A stretch of DNA of 64,000 nucleotides, from IMG/VR virus record IMGVR_UViG_3300025000_000053, positions 124,001-188,000 of that record; one strand, 5' to 3'. The position numbers and the translations under genes are program-made. This document shows, in pieces, positions 49,492 to 59,200 of this stretch. The notes under the pieces are model-generated. The model made no database searches and was not told the DNA's origin. It saw nothing but the letters and a program-made list of their open reading frames with translations. Every line of letters begins with the position of its first letter. The stretch's first letter is position 1.

Positions 49492-50181
49492 TTATTTATT
49501 AATATTTTTTCTACCTATATACATCATTATACCATAATAACCTCCAGTTATTCTTTTTGGTTCCTTCAGATATAAATCATTTAATGCAATAATTTCAAAA
49601 TCATTAAAATAATTTTTCATTTCATTTTTAGTGATAGGTATTTGTTTAAAATTTAAATAATTGATATCATTTTTTGATAATTTATTATCTAATAACATTT
49701 TATTTTTTTGATTAATATTAAATATTGGGTCATTTTCAGAGAGTGTATTAATAAGAACTACTCCATTATAAATTAAACCATTTTTTATATTATTTATAAG
49801 TTTTTTAATATTATTTTTTGATAAATAAGATATTGTCATTGAGCATATAATTAAAGAATATGTGTTTACAGGTATATTAAAAGATGTGATATCTTCTGTT
49901 TTAAATATACATTTAGAATTACAATATTTATTTTTAAGTTCTTCAATTATAACATTAGAAAAATCAACACCTTCAACTGAAAACCCATTTTGTAATAAAA
50001 AATTTACGTTTTTACCAATACCTATTCCTAATTCAAGTGATTTACCTATTGGAATATATTCTAAACATTCTTGTAATAATATATCAGGATTTGGGTTAAA
50101 ATAATGATCTCCAATAGTATAAATATTATTATAGTGGTTTTTAATACTATTTATTTCACTTTCTTCCAATAAAGAAAACAT
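49492..50181 (-). CDS. Class I SAM-dependent methyltransferase (TehB-like)
   Basis: SLELGIGIGKN, GVDFS, EDIT, YSLIIC. Confidence 0.85.
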   Translation of the reverse strand: MFSLLEESEINSIKNHYNNIYTIGDHYFNPNPDILLQECLEYIPIGKSLELGIGIGKNVNFLLQNGFSVEGVDFSNVIIEELKNKYCNSKCIFKTEDITSFNIPVNTYSLIICSMTISYLSKNNIKKLINNIKNGLIYNGVVLINTLSENDPIFNINQKNKMLLDNKLSKNDINYLNFKQIPITKNEMKNYFNDFEIIALNDLYLKEPKRITGGYYGIMMYIGRKNINK

Positions 50182-50408
50182 TTAATAATAAAACCTCCTT
50201 TTATTTAATATTTTTTTCTCTAATTAAAAGTTGTTGAACAAATAATTAATGACTAATTTTATTAAATTTTTCAGGAGGTTACTGATGACAAATGCCTGGA
50301 CATCTGCTCGGTAATAACAAACTTTTGACCTTAATTAATTCTAAAGATAATTTAGAATTTAAGGTTTCTTTTGTTACCACACTCGTAGAGTATTTTTATC
50401 TGTTCACC

Positions 50409-50420
50409 AACATCTTTATA
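50409..50420 (+). promoter_or_regulatory. Putative late promoter AACA-N6-TA (representative copy, upstream of RNAP beta)
   Basis: Also at 2430, 3534, 27016, 50237, 56171 (+) and 10279, 23260, 24242, 29922, 35991, 38536, 45935 (-); matches the AR9 late consensus as I recall it. Confidence 0.7.
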
Positions 50421-50456
50421 ATAAAAAAATTATAAGGAAAGGTTGGTGAACAGATT

Positions 50457-53400
50457 TTGATTTTTATTTCTGATATACCACATTTAAAAACCTATAAGCA
50501 AAAAGTTCTATTACCTAAAGATGAGAAGTATCCTAGTATTAATAGTGTAGTTTTTATTATTAATAATAACATACAATCATCTATAGGACTATTAAACCAT
50601 CAATTTATTAAGAATAATAACATGTATCATTTTTATTTTATGGATCACGTATATAACGGTAAATTATTTAATAGAACTTTTAGAGTTTTATATCGTAATG
50701 AAAGAAATGATATTTATAATAATATAGAAAAAGAAGTTCGATTCATACAAACAGTTCTAGATTTACATTCAGTAAATAAGAAAAATATATATGTTGATTT
50801 AATAAAACATAATAGTTTATTCTTTCAATTAAGTAAAAAAGTTAATTTTACAATTCGTATTAAAAATTATATAGATTATCTAGATAAGTTAATTAATGAT
50901 AGTCATTTTAATCAGTATAAGTATAAAACTATTTGTATTGATATTAATAGTTGGGTTAGTGATTTAAAGACTCAAATAAAAGGTAAATTAAATTTTGATA
51001 ATCCAATATTTATTATTTATTATTGTATGTATAAATACCTTGAAAAATTTAAAGAACTAGGGGATATTAATATTATTTTCTATACTAATGATAGTGTATT
51101 AAGATTAAATCCTTCATTATGTGATAAAAGCTCATATTCTTTATTTAAGAAAGAGATTATCAAAGCGTCTCCTAAAAGTTTATTAGATATGAGTGAAGAT
51201 AATATTGAAAAAGTACTAAAAAGAAAAGATGTTGCTGATAAAATAATAGGATATCTTAATGACCAACATAGATTTGTTGGTGATGATAAAACTGAAGAAG
51301 ATGAAAATTTTGAAACTAGTATTGAAGATAAAGTAGATGAAATAATTGATGCTAATAAGTTAGATAATAATAGTAATGATGAGATGTATAGTGAAGTTTC
51401 AAAAGTTATTATTAATGATGATGAAATTATAAAAAAAATTCATATGATGAATCAAGAGAATAAAGTTGGTAGAAGTACAGCTTCTATTAAAAGGGACGAA
51501 GAATTAAGAAAAAGACAAAAAGAGATAATAAAAGATAAAATAGGAATAGATAATATCTATGAAACTAATAAAGAACAACTAGATATTCCTAAATTTGATG
51601 TTACAGATAAAGTTAATACTACTAATAAAAATGTAACTACTATAAGATATCCTCAATTTGAAAAAGCTTATAATGAAGTTCTTCATGAAAAGGATTTACT
51701 TAATAATATAAAATTTTTAAATGAAAAATCTATTCCAGTTTATATTAGAGGTATAGAACGAGTTGATTCATCCGATGAATTAAATTTAAAAGAAACATAT
51801 ACTTTTGATTTAGAAGATGAAAATAGAGTTAGGCATAAATTAAAATTTGATATCCCTAAATTTATAGATGATAAATTTTTATATCTTGGTGGTAATAAAA
51901 AGATTATTATGAAGCAATTATTTATGAAGCCAGTGGTTAAGACTGGACCAGATGAAGTACAGATTTGTACTAATTACAATAAGATGTTTATTAGACGCTA
52001 TGGTAATAAAATATCATCTAAAATAGAAAAAATGAGAAAATTATTATATGAACAAAAAGAAGGTAAAGGTATTAAAGTTAAATATGGTAATAATTTATCT
52101 ATTAATAACAAATATGATACTACTATAGAATATGATGAATTATCTAAAAGCTTTACTTATATCCGTATAGGTAAAACTGAATTTTATTTTAATCAAGATG
52201 ATGCTACAAATATAGTTAAAGATAAAAAAATAAAACTTAATCAAAATGAATTCTTATTAGGTCTTATTGAAAATGGTAAAAATCCAATACCTATTACAAT
52301 TGATAAAAATACTCAAAAAATAGGCACATCTTTCGATATAGTTGACTATATACTTTCTATGTTGACACAAGGATTAGTGCAAGATTTTGATGATACTAAA
52401 AGTGGTAAGAAATTTGTTTACACTAGAGCTTATATAATGGAAAGACATGTTCCAGTAGTTTTGTTAATTTCATTCTTAGAAGGTTTATCTACAGTAATAA
52501 AAAAAGCTAATATTAAACATTATTTTTCAGATAAAAGACCTAAAGATATTACTCATAATGAGGGAATAATTCAATTTAGTGACGGGTATTTAATATATGA
52601 AAAATATCCATTTGAAAATTCTTTATTAATGAATGCATTTGCAGATATTCCAACTAAAACTTTCGAATATGGTGAATTTGATTCAAAAGATGTTTATTTA
52701 TCTTTATTTGATACTTTATATGGTAATAGGATAATTGGTAATGCCTTTCTTAACTCATATGAATTTTTAATTGATCCTATTACAAGAGAAGTATTAGAAG
52801 ATTTAAACTATCCAACAGATTATGTTTCTTTAGTTTTATATGCTAATTCTTTATTAGCAACTAATTCATATATTAAAGAAAATAATATGAATTTATATAG
52901 AATAAGATCAAATGAACTGGTTAATGCCTTATTATATAAAGAAGTTGCTAATGCTTATATTAAGTATAGAACTACTTCTTTAAATAATAATCCTGTTAAA
53001 ATTTCTGTACCACAAGATGTTATTATTAAAAAGATACTTGTTGCACAGACAGTCGAGGACTACAGCACATTAAATCCTATAACCGAAGTCGAGAAATCCC
53101 GTATGATCAGTCCAAAAGGACATTCAGGAATGAACCTGGATGAAGCGTATACACAAGATAAAAGAGCATATGATAAAACGATGCTTGGTATAATAGCTAT
53201 GTCAACTTCACCGGATTCATCGTGTGGAGTAACAAGACAACTTACATTAGAACCCAATATAAAAAATCCGAGGGGATATATCGATATAAATGACGATAGA
53301 TTAGAAATTTTAAAAGATGCAAATCTATTTTCTCCAGCTGAATTATTATCTCCTCTCGGAAATACAAGGGATGAACTTGCTATTGTCCCACTATGTAGAA

Positions 53401-56093
53401 ATATATAGTTAAAAACTCTTCTAATTGTCGGGGACATCCTTAACGCTCTTATTACCAAACTAATATAGTAATATATTAGTGGTGAAGGGTAATGCCTTAG
53501 GTATGGTAACAAGATAAGAGATTGGGTTATCCGCAGCTAAGATTCCTATAAATTTTATAGGAATAAAGTTCAAAGACTATCGAAAGCATGTTTATTATTG
53601 ATATAAAATATAATAAACAGAAGTGAGTAGAGTAGGGAAACCGAAACGGAGAGCATCTGAACACATAATGGTGAAGATGATGATATAGTCTGTCACTTAT
53701 GGAAATCATAGGTGGTTCCTGGATAGCATAAGAACAGCGATAAATAAAACTTGTCGCATTATCTAGTAATAGATAAATAAAAAATCTCCTTAATTGTCGG
53801 GAAATCTCTTAGAGCCTAAAACTACTAAGTTATATTAGTAATAATATAATGGCTTAGTCTAATCAACTAAGGTATAGTAATAAGGTTTTAGGATTGAGTA
53901 ATCCGCAGCTAAGATTCTAATATATTAGAATAAAGTTCAACGACTATCGAAGGCAAACTTATTATAGAAATAAAAATATAATGAGTTTGTTAGTAGAGTA
54001 GGGCTCAAGTGAGTTCTGAAATGGGAGACTCCTTATTATTTAATAATAAGGATGAAGATATAGTCTTATATCCTAAGGAAACTTAGGGAAGTTCATAAAA
54101 GAACTGCATAGATTAACGATCTATGTGAAATAAATGGAGTGTAAAACAATCGAAACATATCGTACCTGTAGTTAAACAATCACCAGTTTTATTATCTAAT
54201 GGAGTTGAACAAGTTATTCAATATCACTTATCTGATGATTTTTCAGTTGTAGCTAAAGATGATGGTGAAGTTGTTGAGATAGATAGTGAAACTGGTTTAA
54301 TTATTATTAAATATAAAAATGGTGAAACTAAAGTAATTGATACAAGTCCAAAAGTTGTAAAAAATGGTAAACTAAATGCCCACTTATATGGTGACATATA
54401 TGTGAATCTTCTTTAATTGTCGGGGAAACTCTTAGAACTTTTTATTATATAATAAAAAGATTGAGTAATCCGCAGCCAAGTCTCATAGTAAAAAAAATAA
54501 AGTTCATGAAGAACTCTATTACAAAGATATTGGAAAATTTTATAAAAAATCAAATACTCCATGGTATTTTATTGTATAACAAAGTTGATGATGAGTTGAT
54601 CTGAGTTCTTTTTTAATAATTTTAAAATCTATATCTATCAAATATTTCTCTAATAAGGGAAGTGTTTCTTCAATGAATATATTAAAAAGTTCTAAGTTCT
54701 TTTTAGCTATGAAAAAGTCACTAATTTTTTTGATATCATTATTATATCTTTTTAGTTCATTTTCATACCTCTGGGTAAAGAATTTTTTAGTTAATTCTAT
54801 CGATATAGGATTACAAAACTCATCACTTAACTCATTAATATTCCTCATTATAATATCTTTGTAATTAATTTCTCCTTGCTTCATTTTATTTATCATTCCT
54901 TTCTTTTTTATATTACGTAAATAATATATAAATGAAAAATAATGAAATACTATGAGAAAGGTTCAACGACTATCCCTTTGGCTTTGAAATAAGCAATAGG
55001 AGTAGGGCTCAAGTGAGTGGGTGAGAATCCCTTAAATCGAAATAGGAAGCATCCTTATGAGATGAAGATATAGTCTAGTATCTTATCGAAAGATAAGGAA
55101 GTTCATAAGAGAACTGCATAGATTAACGACCTATGTGAATATATATCGGCTGGTGGTTTCTTCTTATCAAATAAATTAACATGTAATTTGAAAGTAGGGC
55201 AAAAAATAAAAAAACGAGATATATTAGCTTATGACAGTAACTTTTTTAGTAATAGTAAATTATATGGTAATAGATTCAATATTGGTTCATTACAGAAAAT
55301 AGCGTGTATGTCCTCATACTCAACATATGAGGATTCTACTTTTGTCACTAAGAAATTATGTGAAGATATGGCAACTGAGATTGTTATGGAAAAACCAGTT
55401 GTCTTAGGTAAAAATGCTAATGTTGATTATATTGTTGAAATAGGTCAAAATGTTAGTGTTGGTGATGAACTAATTAGATTTGAAGTTTCTTTTAAAGATG
55501 AATCACTAAATAAATTTCTTTCAAATATTGGAGATGAATTAAAAGAAGAAATTAAAGCAATGGGTAAAACACCTATTAAAACTAAATACTCTGGTGTAAT
55601 TGAAGACATTAAAGTATATTCAACTGTAGATGTAGAAGAACTATCTCCAACATTAAAAAAAATTGTTAATAATTATTATGATAGAATTAATAAGAAGAAA
55701 AAAATTATTAATAAATATAATAAAAGTGATTCTGTATATAAATGTGGTATAATGTTAAATGAACCTGTAACTAAGATTGAAACTAAAGATGGTAAAGTTA
55801 AAAGTCATACTGTTAATTCAGGAGTTTTAATTATATTTTATATTAAATATAAAGATACAGTTGGTGTTGGTGATAAGATATGTTTCTTTACTGCTTTGAA
55901 ATCTATTGTCGGTGAAGTTATCCCTGAAGGATATGAACCATATTCTTTATTTAGACCAGATGAGAAGATTTCTTCAGTGGTTGCTCCAGGAGCAGTAATG
56001 AATAGAATGACCCCTTCTGTTATTCTATCAATGTTCGGTAATAAAGTATTGATAGAATTAAAACGAAAATTAAAAGATATTTATGATGAATAA
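50457..56093 (+). CDS. Phage RNA polymerase beta part, spliced from 4 exons (50457-53372, 53722-53741, 54137-54368, 55149-56093; ~1370 aa); probably the virion RNAP
   Basis: KGHSGMN, STSPDSSCGVTRQL, junctions NTRD|DSIRTAM|SVKQSKHIVP and VVKNG|AGGFFL, VGDK, NRMTPS; lacks the extreme beta C-terminus; late promoter at 50409-50420. Confidence 0.9.
53373..53721 (+). mobile_element. Group I intron 1 of RNAP beta (349 nt, no ORF)
   Basis: P1 GGGAU|GA:UUGUCCC; P10 GAUAGCA:UGCUAUU; AAUUGUCGGG, AUCCGCAGC, GUUCAAAGACUA, GAUAUAGUC; ends in G. Confidence 0.9.
53722..53741 (+). other. 20-nt micro-exon GATAGCATAAGAACAGCGAT
   Basis: Bounded by the terminal G of intron 1 and the P1 of intron 2; encodes DSIRTA plus AT of the Met codon. 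Confidence 0.85.
53742..54136 (+). mobile_element. Group I intron 2 of RNAP beta (395 nt, no ORF)
   Basis: P1 GCGAU|A:UGUCGC; AAUUGUCGGG, AAUCCGCAGC, GUUCAACGACUA, GAUAUAGUC; ends ...AAAUG. Confidence 0.9.
54369..55148 (+). mobile_element. Group I intron 3 of RNAP beta (780 nt) carrying an antisense ORF in the P6 loop
   Basis: P1 GGU|A:UGCC; same core motifs; stem TCTCATAGTA (54481-54490) : TACTATGAGA (54948-54957) encloses a ~460-nt insert; ends ...AUAUCG. Confidence 0.88.
54540..54896 (-). CDS. Orphan ORF antisense within intron 3
   Basis: 118 aa (114 aa from the second ATG); RBS-like AAGGA; early-type promoter at 54921-54930; no LAGLIDADG, GIY-YIG or HNH motif visible. Confidence 0.65.
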   Translation of the reverse strand: MINKMKQGEINYKDIIMRNINELSDEFCNPISIELTKKFFTQRYENELKRYNNDIKKISDFFIAKKNLELFNIFIEETLPLLEKYLIDIDFKIIKKELRSTHHQLCYTIKYHGVFDFL

Positions 56094-56101
56094 ATAAAAT
56101 T

Positions 56102-56139
56102 AATAATATCAATAGAGAAAATTCTCTATTGATATTATT
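56102..56139 (+). terminator. Terminator after RNAP beta
   Basis: 18-bp stem AATAATATCAATAGAGAA / TTCTCTATTGATATTATT followed by a T-tract. Confidence 0.75.
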
Positions 56140-56220
56140 TTTTATATTATCATTTTTTGTTTAATAAAAAAACATTAATTTAAACAATAAACTTTTAATG
56201 AAAGGGGTTGTAATAATAAA

Positions 56221-59200
56221 TTGGATATAAAAAATAAAACTAAAATTAAGACTAAGTCACCCACAGCATTAAATTGGTTTAAAAATGTTGGAAAATCTTT
56301 AGGTTATACTACAACTGAATTAATTGAAGAAATGATTCCTGCTCCAATAGAATTTATTAAAAGTAATACTCAAACATTTAAAAATTTTTATGATGAATTA
56401 CGTAAAAATAAATCAATAAATAAAAAATTGTCGGATCAAATGATAAAGAATGAATATATCAATATAGGTCAAACAGCAATAAAAAATGCTTTAAAAGATA
56501 TTAAATCAGGTAAGATTTATAACAAAGATAGACAAGATGAAATATTTAATGATGATATTGATTTTGAATTTGGTGATGATATAAATTTTGATAATGAAGA
56601 TTATAAAGTTTCATCAGATACAACATCTGAATCAAGTACAAGTAGTTCTTCACCTACTATCAACAGAGTGAATATTACTTCTAATATCAATAGAAATAAT
56701 CCTATGGTTAGAGCTGTAGAAAGACAAACTGAAGCTATATATAATACAACTCAAGCTAGTGATAAAATATCAATATCTTTAGCTACTAATCATATGATGA
56801 TAAATAGAAAAGTAGGGGAAGATATAAATACAGGTTTAAGTGCTATAAATGATAATTTAAGTTTACTTGTTAATTTTCAAAGTGAATCAATGACTAAATA
56901 TATAGGTACTACATTTAAATACTATGAAGAAAGTTTGAATGTATTTAACAATATTCATGAGCAAATGAAAAAAGGTACTATTACTGTAGATGATAAGACA
57001 GGTAAAGAAAAATTTGATCCTATGGAATCAGTTTTTCTTTCTAGAGGTGGGTTAAATCTATCAGGTTATGCTAATTTAATTAAAAAACAGTTTGGTACAG
57101 CTGTAGACCAAGATATGATTTTATCTCAATTAAAATATATGTTATCAGATAAAGACCAATTAAAATTTTTAGCTGCTTCACCTATAAGTTTTTTATCTAC
57201 TAAGATAGTAACTGCATTTATTCCGTCTATGTTAAAACAAACATTAACTAGTATGAATAAAAGTTTTGAAAATTTCTTCCCAGCTTTATTAATGAAAGCT
57301 AATAGAATGGTTGGTTCTCAAAATCCAATACTTAATTTCTTAGGTCAAGTTTTTGGTATAAATGTAAAACAGAAATCATCTGTTGATTTATCTCAATATA
57401 ATAAAGGTAAAACTGCTTTTGATGGTTATACAAAGAAAGCTATAACAGAAGTAATACCAGGATATTTAAGAAAGATTTTAGCTGCATTAAATGGTAAAGA
57501 AGAAGTTGCTTTTGATTATGATAATGGTGTTTTTAAATCTATGGATTCTATGAATAAAGATTTTCAAAGTACTGTTAATAGAAGTATATTAAGTAGTTTT
57601 TCTGATGTTATGAATGAAATAAAAGACAAAGCAAATGCTTTTAATATTCAAAATGATGAGGAACGAAAGAAATTTAATAAAGACTTAGAAAGTTTTTTCT
57701 TAAAACTTCCTAGTTTAAATAAATTAATAAATCCTATAAGAACTAAAGATAATGATGGTAATAGTATAAATGAATTAAAAACTGTACATGATTTTGGTAG
57801 TGAAGAAATGAATAATTTCTTTAGACAATTAGTACTATCACTTGATAAAGGTGATATTCAGAAAATGTTTGGTACAGATGTATTAAATGCTAGAAAAAAT
57901 AAAGAAAAAATATATAATGATGCTGAACTTAATCCATTAAGATATAACGCAGCTTTAATTAATAATCAATTAAATTTTGATGATCATATTAAGAGAAATA
58001 AATATAATAAAAGTCAATTTGAAGTAAAAAAAGGTTTTGGAGTTTTATCTAAAACCGATCAATTTAATAAAATTGATTTGGACTATTTACGTGATATTAA
58101 AGAAATTTTATTAAGAGGTATTAAAGTATTCCCTGTAACTCAGATAATTAATCCAGATGGTTCAATATCTCAACCAAGTTTTGAATATCATGATACACAA
58201 TTAAGAAGAATGAGAAGTCAGGAAAGAGAAAGAGATAGAAAATTTAAAGTAAAACCCCAACAAGATACTGAAATTACACCTGAATTAGAAAGGATTAATA
58301 GACAGCAGGGTAAAAGAATAGTTAATAGATTATCAGATTCAGATATAACTCCTGAAGAAATGAGAGAACAAATTAGAGTATTTGATGAACAAAGAAGAAG
58401 TGATTCAGAAAGAGATAGAAGACAACAAAGTGGTTGGTTAGGAAGTTTTATATCTGGGGATATGCAAACTAAATATAATTTATTAAGAGAAAAAGTAAGA
58501 GATATCTTTAATACACCTGCTAAATTACTTAATACTGTATTTAAAAAAATAGATGAAACTATGTTTAAAATAGTCTTTGGTGATGATGACAAAGGTAATT
58601 CTTCTTTTCTTAATAGAACATGGTCTTTAATGCAAAGTAATTTTCAAAAAATGTCTGAATGGTTTAAAGATAAAATATTTAATCCTATTAGAGAATCTTT
58701 ATTTGGACCAAATGGTTTTATAACTAAATTAAAGAATTCTGAATTATTTACAAAAATTAAATCTAATTTTAGTAAATTAACAGATTTTTTATTTGGACTA
58801 AAAGATTCTACTGGTAAAAGAAAAGGTGGGATGTTTTCTGATACATCTAACCATCTTTTAGATATATTTGATAGTGCTAAATACTATTTTACAGGTAAAG
58901 CTTATATAAATAGATCAGGATTATCTTTTCCTACTAATAATAAAAGTGTATTTGGTGAACTAAAATCAATGTTTTCAGGTTTTAAAGATACTATAAAATC
59001 TTATTTATTTGGTAGAAGGAATCAAGATGGGAATATACAAGAAACAGGTATTCTTTCAACAGCTATTAATAGTATAAAGGATGGTTTTCAAAACTTTTCA
59101 AATGCTATTTTTGGTCCACAGAAAATTGGTGGTAAGGATAATAAAAATTATGTAATAGTTAGTGATTTATTTAAGAAGTTTAAAGAAAGATTACCTAAAT

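Noticed and set aside
10840-50104. Plus-strand or off-frame short ORFs overlapping confident genes (10840, 14348, 15285, 15815, 18890, 20079, 21230, 22637, 25428, 30025, 32841, 35722, 37388, 41083, 42894, 44434, 49862)
   Set aside because: Fully overlap well-supported genes; compositions typical of antisense frames in AT-rich DNA
53060-53709. Minus-strand ORFs 53060-53512 and 53527-53709
   Set aside because: Shadows of the RNAP beta exon and intron 1; no RBS or promoter
54673-54864. Sense-strand 63-aa ORF in intron 3 as a homing endonuclease remnant
   Set aside because: No nuclease motif or RBS; it is the shadow of the minus-strand ORF
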